This document shows, piece after piece, positions 36,445 through 47,782 of a stretch of DNA of 64,000 bases. The stretch lies in the NCBI GenBank assembly GCA_963707215.1, contig CAVPPB010000003.1, positions 1,632,001 to 1,696,000 of the forward strand, read 5' to 3'. The DNA comes from an uncultured Chloroflexia bacterium. GTDB lineage: Bacteria; Chloroflexota; Limnocylindria; Limnocylindrales; CSP1-4. Every line of letters starts with the position of its first letter. Within the stretch, counting starts at the first letter, position 1. The translations under genes and the position numbers were made by a program. Under the pieces are notes generated by a model that was not told the DNA's origin, did no database searches, and saw nothing but the letters and a program-made list of their open reading frames with translations.

Positions 36445-38334
36445 TCAGCCCTCGGCGGTCGGCTCGGCGGTCTTGGCGGCCTTTGAGCGGGTGCTCGTGC
36501 GGCGGGTCCGCGGCTTGGCTGCCGGCGTCTCGTCGGCTGCCGCGGCCTCGGGGGCCTCGGCGGTCGGCTCGGCGGTCTTGGCGGCCTTCGAGCGGGTGCT
36601 CGTGCGGCGGGTCCGCGGCTTGGCTGCCGGCGTCTCGTCGGCTGCCGCGGCCTCGGGGGCCTCGGCGGTCGGCTCGGCGGTCTTGGCGGCCTTCGAGCGG
36701 GTGCTCGTGCGGCGGGTCCGCGGCTTGGCTGCCGGCGTCTCGTCGGCTGCCGCGGCCTCGGGGGCCTCGGCGGTCGGCTCGGCGGTCTTGGCGGCCTTCG
36801 AGCGGGTGCTCGTGCGGCGGGTCCGCGGCTTGGCTGCCGGCGTCTCGTCGGCTGCCGCGGCCTCGGGGGCCTCGGCGGTCGGCTCGGCGGTCTTGGCAGA
36901 CGGCTTCTGGGCCGCCTGGGCCCGGATCATCGCCTCGAGCTCCGGCGGGACCTCGCTCCAGGGATCGCCGCCGCCCCCTCGGCGCCCACCTCCAGATGAT
37001 GGTGCGCCGGCGGACGGCTGGGCGACCGGCCTGGCGGTGGGCTGGGGCAGACGGGGACCACGACCGCGCCCGTAGCGCTCGCGCTCGATAGCGCTCACAT
37101 ACGCCGCGCGACCGCCCCGGCCACCTCCCCGACCGCTCCCACCGCGGCCACCGCCCCGGCCGCTCCCGCCGCCTCCGCGGCGCTCGGCGATCAGGTACTC
37201 GGGGATCTCCGGCTCCTCGAAGTCCTCCTCGTCGAGGTCGACCGCCCCGGCCGACGGGGTGGTCGACACGCCGATCTGGCTGTCCCAGACGGAGCCGAAA
37301 GCCCCGGCCCTCGGTGGGCGCGGCGCGGCGACGACCTCCTCCTGGTCCTCGTGGTCCTCTTCCTCGTCCTGACCGCCGGCCTCGGCGACCTCGGGGCCCT
37401 CGGCCGCAGCGTCGGTCGCCCGACCTCGGCCGCGACCTCGGCCACCCCGGCGCCGCCGGCGCCGTCGGCGGCCATCGCCCTCACCGGCTTCCTCGCCGGC
37501 ATCGCTCGCCTCATCAGCAGCAGCTGCAGCTGCCTCCTCGGACGCCTCGACTGCGGCCTCTTTGGCCTCTGTGGCCTCTGTGGCCTCTGCGTCCTCGCCA
37601 GCGGATCCGGCCCGGGCGAGCTTCTCGCCCGGCAGGACGACGAGTCCGGCGCCACCGGGTGCCTCGGCAGCGGCCGCGGCGACGGCCGGTTCCTCGGTCG
37701 TCCGCCGGCGGCGCGAACGGGTCGCCGGCTCGGCCGGTTCGGTGGTCCTTCGGGTCCGCCGACGTCGGCCGCTCCCCTCGCTCTCCTTCTCCGGCACCTC
37801 GGTCATCGAGAGGTCCTCGTCCGTGCCGGCGACCCGGCGACCGGACCGGGACGACCCCTTCTCGACCTTGGCCACGTGGATGATGTCGGTGAAGACGTCG
37901 GCGACGTCGATCAGGTCCGAGCTGGTGTTGCCACGGAAGGACACCACTTCGACGCGGACGCCCATCTCCTGGACGGCCCGGATCGCCGGTGCGAAGTCGC
38001 CGTCCCCGGAGACGACGACGGCGACGTCGAGGTTTCGAGCCGTCTTCATCATGTCGACGACGAGCTCGATGTCGAGGTTGGCCTTCACCTTGCCGTCGCC
38101 GTACTTGCGGATGTCCTTGCTCACGACCTTGTAGCCGCTGCGGGCAAGGAACGAATGGAAGTTGCGCTGGTTCTCGTTCTCGGGATCGAGACCCGTGTAC
38201 GCGTAGGCGCGCACGAAGTCGCGCCCGGCGGTGGCGGCCTTCAGCAGGGTGACGTAGTCGATATCGACTCCCGCGGCCTTGGCCGCGTAGAAGATGTTCG
38301 CCACGTCGACGAAGACCGCGACGTTCTTGCTCAC
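36445..38334 (-). CDS. NYN (LabA/DUF88, PIN-fold) domain protein with long disordered C-terminal tail
   Basis: VFVDVAN, KANLDIELVVD, VSGDGDF, ADVF; about 470-aa acidic/Arg-Gly-rich tail. Confidence 0.88.
   Translation of the reverse strand: MSKNVAVFVDVANIFYAAKAAGVDIDYVTLLKAATAGRDFVRAYAYTGLDPENENQRNFHSFLARSGYKVVSKDIRKYGDGKVKANLDIELVVDMMKTARNLDVAVVVSGDGDFAPAIRAVQEMGVRVEVVSFRGNTSSDLIDVADVFTDIIHVAKVEKGSSRSGRRVAGTDEDLSMTEVPEKESEGSGRRRRTRRTTEPAEPATRSRRRRTTEEPAVAAAAAEAPGGAGLVVLPGEKLARAGSAGEDAEATEATEAKEAAVEASEEAAAAAADEASDAGEEAGEGDGRRRRRRRRGGRGRGRGRATDAAAEGPEVAEAGGQDEEEDHEDQEEVVAAPRPPRAGAFGSVWDSQIGVSTTPSAGAVDLDEEDFEEPEIPEYLIAERRGGGGSGRGGGRGGSGRGGGRGGRAAYVSAIERERYGRGRGPRLPQPTARPVAQPSAGAPSSGGGRRGGGGDPWSEVPPELEAMIRAQAAQKPSAKTAEPTAEAPEAAAADETPAAKPRTRRTSTRSKAAKTAEPTAEAPEAAAADETPAAKPRTRRTSTRSKAAKTAEPTAEAPEAAAADETPAAKPRTRRTSTRSKAAKTAEPTAEAPEAAAADETPAAKPRTRRTSTRSKAAKTAEPTAEG
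36449..36897 (-). repeat. 105-bp coding tandem repeat, about 4.3 copies
   Basis: Units start at 36451, 36556, 36661, 36766, 36871; encode AKTAEPTAEAPEAAAADETPAAKPRTRRTSTRSKA. Confidence 0.95.
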
Positions 38335-38358
38335 GGAGCCTCCTCAGGTTCTCGTCGA

Positions 38359-38820
38359 TCAGCTGCGCCGGCCGGCGGCCCCGGCCACCGTCACGGCGCG
38401 TTCGATATGGGGACCCGCCTGGGAGAAGCCGTGGCGACCCCAGCGGGCGAAGGTGTCCGGATGAGATGGGAGCGGCGCCTCCACGAGGCTGCAGCCCTTG
38501 TTCCCGGCCGATCGGATGACCTCGTCGAGGAGGACCGCGGTGACGCGGTCCTCGTCCTGGCCGGGGGCGACCACGAGCAGGTCGACCGTGCCGATGTACC
38601 CGCCGGCCCTGATCGAAGGTCGAAGGGCCAGCACCGCATATCCGGCCATCGAGCGCCGGGACTCGGCGACGAAGACGCTGGCCTGCGGGATGAAGACGAG
38701 CTGGCGGAGCAGATCCCCGGCCGCGATAGGCGCGTCGTCCCCGCTGCCGAGCTCGTCGGATGCGAGCGCGACGAGGCGGTCGACATCCGTGATGCGGGCT
38801 GTCCGGACCTGGTAGTCCAC
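38359..38820 (-). CDS. GNAT-fold protein
   Basis: VRTARITDV, VFVAE, GTVDLLVV, WGRHGF; acetyl-CoA loop degenerate. Confidence 0.75.
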   Translation of the reverse strand: MDYQVRTARITDVDRLVALASDELGSGDDAPIAAGDLLRQLVFIPQASVFVAESRRSMAGYAVLALRPSIRAGGYIGTVDLLVVAPGQDEDRVTAVLLDEVIRSAGNKGCSLVEAPLPSHPDTFARWGRHGFSQAGPHIERAVTVAGAAGRRS

Positions 38821-39371
38821 GCCGTTGGTCCACCTCGAAGAGGGAGGCGAGGTGCGAATCCGCTGGTTCCCGGACCGAAGGGTGCGGGGCGGGCATCGGG
38901 CCGGCGCGTCTCACGGGTGGCACAGGGCGTACCCGGGTCGCTCGGGACCGATGTTGCATTCGGTTCGCCGATGGCTATCATACGGCATCGCTTCGGCGGC
39001 TTCCTGCGCGCCGTCCGGGGCCCTCGTGGATCGCCGACCGCCACGCATCATGGTCGCGCCGCCTTCTGGCCCAGTCAGCCGGAGGGGGCTCGACCCGGAG
39101 CGACGGCCGAGCGACCCGGGATGGCCACGGCCCCGGGGTTCGGGACGGTCGATCTGGGCCGGGTCGTCATCGGCAAGGTGCCGCTGCCCGCCCGCAACCC
39201 GCCGCCGCTGCGCAGGGCAAGGCCGGCGTCACTAGCGCCGGAGGACGTTGGAGGAAGGGTCAGCTCTTCTGGAGCGCGTCGAGCGACGACACCGGTCGTG
39301 TCGATCACGACAGGGAAGATCTGCTCGGTGATGACCAGGTCGCGGTGCGAACGCACCGCAGAGGAGGGTTC

Positions 39372-40604
39372 ATGAAGCGACTGTCTCTGTTCGGTTCGCT
39401 ATTGGTCGGGGCCGCCCTGGTGGCGGGTGCCTGCTCCGACGGAGGCTCGACGCCGCCGCCGGACGACCTGGGTGTCGTCACCATCCCGGCGGGCGAGCCC
39501 ATCCACGTCGCCTACTGGGGCGTGCTTTCGGGCGCCGACTCCACGCTCGGGACCGATTCCCAGCGCGGCGTCGAGATCGCCATCGACGACCGGGATGGCA
39601 AGCTCCTCGACCATGACATCCGACTGACCACCGAGGATGGCCTCTGCACGCCGGAGGGTGGGGCGACCGCTGCCCAGAAGCTGGCGGCCGACAGCACGAT
39701 CGTGGCGCTCGTCGGCTCGAGCTGCTCGGATGAGACCGTCGGCGGCGTCCAGACCATCACCGAAGCCGGCCTCACCACGATCTCGCCGTCCAACACCCGG
39801 CCGGCGCTGACCGCCGAGGACCGCGACGCGACGTACGCCGGCTACTTGCGGACCGCCCACAACGACAACGTGCAGGGCCGGGTGGCGGCGGAGTTCGTCT
39901 ACAACGAGCTGGGCCTCCGGAGCGCGGCCACCATCCATGACGGCAGCGCCTATGCCGAGGCACTCCAGCAGGTCTTCGCCGACGCATTCACGGAGCTCGG
40001 CGGCACGATCACCGTCCAGGAGGCCATCTCGAAGGGCCAGACCGACATGAAGCCGGTCCTGACCCGGATCGCGGCCACGTCGCCGGAGATGATCTACTAC
40101 CCGATCTTCATCGCCGAAGCGGGCTTCCTGAGCGACCAGATCCCGCAGGTTCCGGGGCTCGAGGACGTCGCCACGATGGGGGCCGACGGTCACTTCTCGC
40201 CGGACTTCATCACGGCGGCCGGGGCAGCGGCCGAGGGACACTACCTGTCGAGCCCCGACTTCACGGCGTTCGGCTCGGCGTACTCGGAGTTCCTTGCCAA
40301 GCACCAGGAGAAGTACGGCGAGGACGTTCTCAGCATCTTCCATGCCCATGCCTACGACGCCACGAACATCCTGTTCCAGGCGATCGAGGAGGTCGCGGTC
40401 GAGGCCGACGATGGGACGCTCTACATCCCGAAGGGCGCGCTCCGGGACGCGCTGTTCGCGACCGCCAACTTCCAGGGTCTGACCGGGACGCTCTCGTGCA
40501 CGCCGACCGGCGACTGCGGAGCCCCGATCATCGGCGTCTACGAGGTCACATCCCGGGAGACCGGTGGCGAGTGGCCGCCCGAGGCGCCGATCTGGAGGCC
40601 ATGA
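39372..40604 (+). CDS. livK: Branched-chain amino acid ABC substrate-binding lipoprotein
   Basis: AGAC lipobox; EDGLC, GSSCS, ISPSNT, LRTAHND, AYDA. Confidence 0.88.
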   Translation: MKRLSLFGSLLVGAALVAGACSDGGSTPPPDDLGVVTIPAGEPIHVAYWGVLSGADSTLGTDSQRGVEIAIDDRDGKLLDHDIRLTTEDGLCTPEGGATAAQKLAADSTIVALVGSSCSDETVGGVQTITEAGLTTISPSNTRPALTAEDRDATYAGYLRTAHNDNVQGRVAAEFVYNELGLRSAATIHDGSAYAEALQQVFADAFTELGGTITVQEAISKGQTDMKPVLTRIAATSPEMIYYPIFIAEAGFLSDQIPQVPGLEDVATMGADGHFSPDFITAAGAAAEGHYLSSPDFTAFGSAYSEFLAKHQEKYGEDVLSIFHAHAYDATNILFQAIEEVAVEADDGTLYIPKGALRDALFATANFQGLTGTLSCTPTGDCGAPIIGVYEVTSRETGGEWPPEAPIWRP

Positions 40605-40703
40605 CCTGAGACCTGGCCGCCTTCGGCGGCCAGACAGCGCTTGCGGGCGGGCCTCGAGGCCCGCCCGTGATCCATCGAGACGACGCAGAAGGGGCCTCTG
40701 CCG

Positions 40704-41776
<1,073 letters not shown>

Positions 41777-41780
<4 letters not shown>

Positions 41781-43540
41781 CCGCGGTGGCGGCGACCCGT
41801 TCGCAAGGCCAGGGGGCGACGCTGGCTGCGGCCCGGATCGGGCTGATCGCCGCCGGCGTCCAGCTCTACCTCTGCCTGGTCGGCATCGTGCCGATCTTCG
41901 ACGAGCGGCCACTCATCGCGGGGGTGCTGTCGCTCGGCGAGGCGGCGATCCTGATCACGATGTTCGGGGCCGGCTACCTCGCAGCGCAGCGTGCTCGCGA
42001 GGTGACCGCGTGGCAGGCCGGCCTGGCCGGGGTCGGCGCGGGCGGCCTGTCGGGTGCCTCGCTGACGCTGCTCGTGCTCGTCGGTTCGGTCGTCGACCTC
42101 CGAACGGTCTTCATCCATGCCTCACCCGAGCTCTTCGACATGCTCACGCGGGGCCTCGGTGTCGCCGGGGCGTGGATCCCGACCGTGATCGGCGTGGCCG
42201 TCGGCGCCGCGGCGGGACTCGTGGCCCGATCGCCCGCGACGATCCGCCGGCCGCTGCTCTGGGCGCTGGCGATGGTCGTCGCGTTCGGCCTGTTCGCCGG
42301 GCTCCTCCGCACGCCGATGCTCAACAACTTCCTGGCTGGCCTCGCCCGCTTCCTGTTCGCGCCGGAGGGCCTGACGCCGATCGGAGCCGGCATCGTGTTC
42401 GTCTCCACGTTCGCGATCGTGGCCCTCGAGGGCCGGCTGCGGGTGCGTCGGCGGGTCGGCCAGCTGCCGGCTGCTCGGCGCCGGCAGCTCCAGGTCCCTT
42501 TGCTCGTGCTGGCGATCGCGATCGTGCTCGCGTTCCCGATCGGATTCGGGTCGTTCTTCGCGCAGGTGATCGCGGTCGTCGCGATCTACGTGCTGATGGG
42601 CTTCGGCCTGAACATCACGCTCGGCCTGGCTGGCCTGCTCGACCTCGGTTTCGTTGCCTTCTTCGCGGTCGGCGCCTACACCGTCGCCCTGCTGACCTCG
42701 ACCGGGGAGTTCGGGATCGCCGGGTGGTCGTGGTGGGCCGCCGTCCCGTTCGCGGTCCTTTTCGCGATGGCCTTCGGGGCCTTCCTCGGTCTGCCGATCC
42801 TCGGCATCCGTGGCGACTACCTGGCGATCGCAACGCTCGGCTTCGGCGAGATCATCGCGATCCTCGCTCGCTCGGACCTCCTGAAGCCATGGCTCGGGGG
42901 TCCGCAGGGCATCACGAACGTCCCCAAGCCCATCGACGTGCCGCCGGACAGCTTCCTGGCCGGCCCGAACCAGATCTACTACCTGGCCATCGCCGGGGCG
43001 GGGATCATCGCCTTCGTCGCGATGCGGCTTCGCGCCTCTCGGCTCGGACGCGCCTGGATGGCCATCCGGGAGGACGAGGACGTGGCCGAGGCTCTCGGTG
43101 TGAACCTGGTCCAGACCAAGTTGCTCGCCTACATGCTCGGCGCAGCGTTCGCCGGCCTCGGCGGCGCCATGTTCGCCGGACTCGTCGGCGCGATGTTCCC
43201 GACCAGCATCACCTTGTTCGTCTCGATCAACGTCGTCGCCCTGCTGATCGTCGGCGGGATGGGCAGCAACCCCGGCGTCGTCGTCGGGGCCATCTTCCTG
43301 ATCGGCGTCCCGGAGCTGTTCCGGGAGTTCTCCGAGTACCGGTTCCTGTTCTACGGCATCGCCCTGATCGGCATGATGATCCTCCGACCGGAGGGGCTCC
43401 TGCCGTCGCGGGTCACGCGTCGGGAGCTCCGCCGACCCGACGAGCTCGACGCGACCGCGCCCGAGGATCTCACCGCCGCCGCTGGCGACACCGACCGAAG
43501 CGGGGGCTCGCCCGACGCGACCCGTGGGGCGTCCAGCTGA
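41777..43540 (+). CDS. livM: Branched-chain amino acid ABC permease with N-terminal TM extension
   Basis: GLAGLLDLGFVAFFAVGAY, RGDYLAIATLGFGEI, AIREDE. Confidence 0.92.
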
Positions 43541-44364
43541 TGGCACTCCTAACCGCGAAGACCGTGACGAAGCGCTTCGGCGGCCTGGTGGCCGTGAAGG
43601 CCCTCGACCTCGCGATCGAGCCGGGCTCGATCGCCAGCGTCATCGGGCCCAACGGTGCGGGCAAGACGACGTTCTTCAACTGCGTCTCGGGCTTCTTCCG
43701 GATCGATGACGGGGAGATCCGATTCGACGGTCACCCGATCCACCACCTGCGACCTGACCAGATCGCCCGGCTCGGCATCGCCCGGACGTACCAGAACATC
43801 CGCCTCTTCCCCACGATGACGGCGCTCGAGAACATCCTGGTGGGGGAGCATCGCCATCTCCACTCCACCTGGATGGGGGCGGTCGTCCGGACCCCGGCCC
43901 AGCGGCGGGAGGAACGGCGTGCCGTCGAGGAGGCCCGACGGGTGCTGCAGTTCGTCGGCCTGTCCGGCCGCGGCGACTTCCTCGCCGGGAAGCTGGCCTA
44001 CGGCGACCAGCGCCGGCTGGAGATCGCCCGGGCGCTCGCCAGCAAGCCGCGGCTCCTGCTGCTCGACGAGCCGACGGCGGGCATGAACCCGGTCGAGACC
44101 GCGCAACTGACCGAGTTCATCCGTCGACTCCGGGACGAGCTCGGGATCACGATCCTCCTCATCGAGCACGAGATGCGGGTGGTCATGGGGATCTCCGAGC
44201 GGATCACCGTCCTCGACTACGGCGAGAAGATCGCCGAAGGCAGCCCGAAGGAGATCCAGTCGGACGCCCGCGTGATCGAGGCGTATCTGGGGCACGGGGC
44301 CGCGACCGCCGAGTCCGGACCCGCGCCGGTGGAAGGCGAGACCGCCCCAGGGACTTCGACATGA
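43540..44364 (+). CDS. livG: Branched-chain amino acid ABC ATPase
   Basis: GPNGAGKTT, LAYGDQRRLEIARAL, LDEPTAG. Confidence 0.93.
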   Translation: MALLTAKTVTKRFGGLVAVKALDLAIEPGSIASVIGPNGAGKTTFFNCVSGFFRIDDGEIRFDGHPIHHLRPDQIARLGIARTYQNIRLFPTMTALENILVGEHRHLHSTWMGAVVRTPAQRREERRAVEEARRVLQFVGLSGRGDFLAGKLAYGDQRRLEIARALASKPRLLLLDEPTAGMNPVETAQLTEFIRRLRDELGITILLIEHEMRVVMGISERITVLDYGEKIAEGSPKEIQSDARVIEAYLGHGAATAESGPAPVEGETAPGTST

Positions 44365-45113
44365 CGGAAGCCATCACAGCCATCGATCGCGACGCCCAGG
44401 CGCCGCTGCTCGACGTCCAGGAGATCCATGCCTTCTACGGCAACATCCATGCGCTCCAGGGGATCTCGCTCACCGTGCGCGAGGGGGAGATCGTCACCCT
44501 CGTCGGCGGCAACGGAGCTGGAAAGAGCACCACGCTGAACGCCATCTGTGGGATCGTGCCGCCGCGCCAGGGCGCCGTCCGGCTCGCCGGTGACGACCTG
44601 GCGGGCCTCCCGGCCCACGAGATCGTGGCGCGCGGGGTGACCCAGGTCCCCGAGGGACGGCGCACGTTCGCACGGCTCACCGTCAACGAGAACCTTCGGA
44701 TGGGTGCCTACGTGGTCAAGGACAAGGCCCTGATCCAGCAGCGCGTCGAGGACGTCTTCCAGCTCTTCCCCCGCCTGCGCGAGCGGCGGGAGCAGATCGC
44801 CGGGACGCTGAGCGGCGGCGAGCAGCAGATGCTGGCGATGGGCCGGGCGCTCATGTCCGGTCCGCGGCTCCTGCTCCTCGACGAGCCGTCGATGGGGCTC
44901 GCGCCCGTCCTGGTCGAACAGATCTTCGAGACGATCGAGCGGCTGAACGATGCCGGGACGACGATCCTGCTCGTGGAGCAGAACGCCCGGATGGCGCTCC
45001 AAGTCGCCAACCGCGGGTACGTGATCGAGAACGGTCGGATCGTCCTCGAGGACGAGGCGGCTCGTCTCCGCGACAACGAGATGGTCCGGAAGTCGTACCT
45101 GGGCATCGCCTGA
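44361..45113 (+). CDS. livF: Branched-chain amino acid ABC ATPase
   Basis: GGNGAGKST, LSGGEQQM, DEPSMGL. Confidence 0.93.
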   Translation: MTEAITAIDRDAQAPLLDVQEIHAFYGNIHALQGISLTVREGEIVTLVGGNGAGKSTTLNAICGIVPPRQGAVRLAGDDLAGLPAHEIVARGVTQVPEGRRTFARLTVNENLRMGAYVVKDKALIQQRVEDVFQLFPRLRERREQIAGTLSGGEQQMLAMGRALMSGPRLLLLDEPSMGLAPVLVEQIFETIERLNDAGTTILLVEQNARMALQVANRGYVIENGRIVLEDEAARLRDNEMVRKSYLGIA

Positions 45114-45129
45114 CCCGGCCAGGCCGTCG

Positions 45130-45548
45130 TCAGGTGGTTGCCGGCTCCTTCCAGATCTCGAAGGCAGCCCGAGCCAGGACGAGCATGCCGACGCCGGCGA
45201 CCCACAGGCCCGGCGCCCGGTCGGGCAGGAGGCCGGTAGGGAACGACAGGTAGTCGATGGGCCACAGGACGACCCCGACGGCGGCCAGGCCGGTGATGAT
45301 CGCGTAGGCGGGCCAGGCGTCGATCGCGACCGAGCGGCCGGCAGCGTACGGGAGGGAGGCCAGGGCGAGCGTCAGCAGCCCGGCCAGGAACACGAGGATG
45401 CCGCTGCCGTCGAACGCCCGGAGCTCGGTGGTGGGCAGGTCGCTGCCACCGCCGGCCGAGAACCACGGCAGCAGGCAAGCGACGATCAGGATGGCGGCCC
45501 CGACCAGGGCGAGGCGTCGGCCGCGGCCGAGCGGGCGCCGATGCATGG

Positions 45549-45552
<4 letters not shown>
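45130..45552 (-). CDS. Hypothetical 4-TM membrane protein
   Basis: LPWF motif, four hydrophobic helices, overlaps the hpt stop. Confidence 0.75.
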
Positions 45553-46111
<559 letters not shown>

Positions 46112-46115
<4 letters not shown>

Positions 46116-46651
46116 GTCGGGATGGCCTCAGTAGCGGTGCGGGAAGCGGTCTTCCTGGTCGTCGACAGCGGCTGGGCCGCCCGGCCATCGTCGGATCCGG
46201 TCGATGGCAGCTCGGGCGTCTCGTCCACCGGCCCGACCGGGACCGGGATGCCCAGCTGGCCATCGGCGCCAGAGAGCGCATCGGCGATCGCGAGCTTGCC
46301 GTACTTGAGCATCAGGGCGCGGAAGTCGCGAGCGTAGAACAGCTTGACCCGGATGGTCGGGTAGAGCGCCCTGAGACGCCGGAGCTTGCGGTTCTTCTTG
46401 CGGACGAGACGCTGCTTGAGGGTCGTCAGCTCCACGTAGAGATCCAGGTCGGGCAGGTAGAAGTCGGGGCTGAAGCTCTCGAGGACCTCGCCCTCGAGGC
46501 TCCAGCGGATCGGGAACACGTGCGGCTCGTATTGCCAGCGGACGTCGTAGAAGTCGAGGATCCGGGCCAGCTCGGCCTCGCTGGCGTGAGCGAACGGCGG
46601 AGCTACCTCGGCCGCCGTATCGGCGGGCTCGACGACCTGGGTCCCGCTCAC
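46112..46651 (-). CDS. Conserved-looking hypothetical protein, restriction-endonuclease-like
   Basis: WQYEP..FSPDFYLPDLDLYVELTT followed by a basic helix. Confidence 0.7.
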
Positions 46652-47031
46652 AGCTCGAACCCTTCGGTACCGCCGTCGACGGCCGAGTCGGCTAGCAGGT
46701 CGAGGAGGTCACCGCGCCAGGCGGCCAGGAACCGGCGCATCGCGAGGACGTCGTCCTCCCCGAATGGAGGCGCACCGGGCCGCGGCGGAGCGTCGGCCGG
46801 GTCTACGGCACCCGACGGGCGCGGGCCGGCGTCGAGGGTCGGCAGCCCACGGCTCTCGGGCTGGGAGATCATCCCGAGGGTCACCGCACCGCATCTCCGA
46901 CATGGGAGCTCCAGGAAGACGAGGTCGTCGCGCTCGGCCAGGACCCGGATCTCGGCGGCAGCGGGGATGTCGCCGCAGACGGTGCATGAAGTCCGCTCGA
47001 GTCGGGCGCGGAGACGGTCGTGCGGATCCAT
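46648..47031 (-). CDS. Hypothetical zinc-ribbon protein
   Basis: CTVCG..CRRCG; ATG 47031 is 7 nt after a TAGACT -10 element. Confidence 0.65.
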   Translation of the reverse strand: MDPHDRLRARLERTSCTVCGDIPAAAEIRVLAERDDLVFLELPCRRCGAVTLGMISQPESRGLPTLDAGPRPSGAVDPADAPPRPGAPPFGEDDVLAMRRFLAAWRGDLLDLLADSAVDGGTEGFEL

Positions 47032-47088
47032 CGCCTGCAGTCTACTCGCAGCCGCCCGACCGGTCAGCCGTCGCCCTCTCGACGGTCG

Positions 47089-47108
47089 ATACCCCCTAGG
47101 AGTATCAT
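47089..47108 (+). promoter_or_regulatory. CsoR-type operator overlapping the csoR -10
   Basis: ATACCCCCTAGGAGTAT pseudo-palindrome with C-tract; TATCAT at 47103-47108. Confidence 0.75.
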
Positions 47109-47115
47109 GCTCGAC

Positions 47116-47559
47116 GTGAGCGAGCCACGAGGGACATCGCGACCGGGGCCGCCCGCCGATGCCGGATCCCGAGCCGACACGACGTCCTCCCGGTCCACCA
47201 CGGCCGCCCGAGCGCCGTCGCGCAAGGGCGGGTCCGCCGAGGTCGAGGGCGGCCACTTCCGCCACAGCTACTCGAAGGACCGCGCCAAGCTGATCAGGCG
47301 CCTGTCCCGGATGGAGGGCCAGGTCCGCGGCATCGCCCGGATGATCGAGCGAGAGGAGTACTGCGTCGACATCCTCCAGCAGACCGCCGCTCTCAGGGCC
47401 GCCGTCGACGGCGTTGCCCTGCTCATCCTCGAAGACCATGTCCAGGGCTGCGTCCGGACGGCCGCCGAGCGGGGCGAAGCGGACGTCTACGCGGACGAGG
47501 TGCTCGACGTCGTCCGGCGGACCCTGGGACGCCCCGTCCGAACCGGTCGTTCCACCTGA
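47116..47559 (+). CDS. csoR: CsoR/RcnR family metal-sensing repressor
   Basis: RLSRMEGQVRGIARMIE..YCVDILQQ..HVQGC (C-H-C ligands). Confidence 0.9.
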   Translation: MSEPRGTSRPGPPADAGSRADTTSSRSTTAARAPSRKGGSAEVEGGHFRHSYSKDRAKLIRRLSRMEGQVRGIARMIEREEYCVDILQQTAALRAAVDGVALLILEDHVQGCVRTAAERGEADVYADEVLDVVRRTLGRPVRTGRST

Positions 47560-47600
47560 CGATCCGGCCCTCGCCCTTGCCGGCTGGTCGTCGGGGACGT

Positions 47601-47719
47601 TCATCCACGACCCCCTCGCTCGGGTCCGGTCCCCCCACCGGGAGTTATCCACAAATCCACCGTCCGGTCCGCGGATCGTGGATAACCGCATTGACGACGG
47701 TCGACGCGATCCGTAGCGT
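47601..47719 (+). promoter_or_regulatory. DnaA boxes plus sigma70 promoter upstream of rsmG
   Basis: TTATCCACA 47645-47653; inverted TTATCCACG 47677-47685; TCATCCACG 47601-47609; TTGACG-N17-TAGCGT 47691-47719. Confidence 0.7.
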
Positions 47720-47782
47720 CCGGCGTCCGCATCGTGGTCGACGGGGAGCGCGGCTCGCGAGAGGCCAAGGGGAGACCCGGCC

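Noticed and set aside
36449-36897. Possible CRISPR array
   Set aside because: No unique spacers, the period is a multiple of 3 inside a CDS, and there are no cas genes.
47560-47780. oriC
   Set aside because: Only two strong DnaA boxes, no AT-rich unwinding element, and no dnaA/dnaN/parAB in the window.
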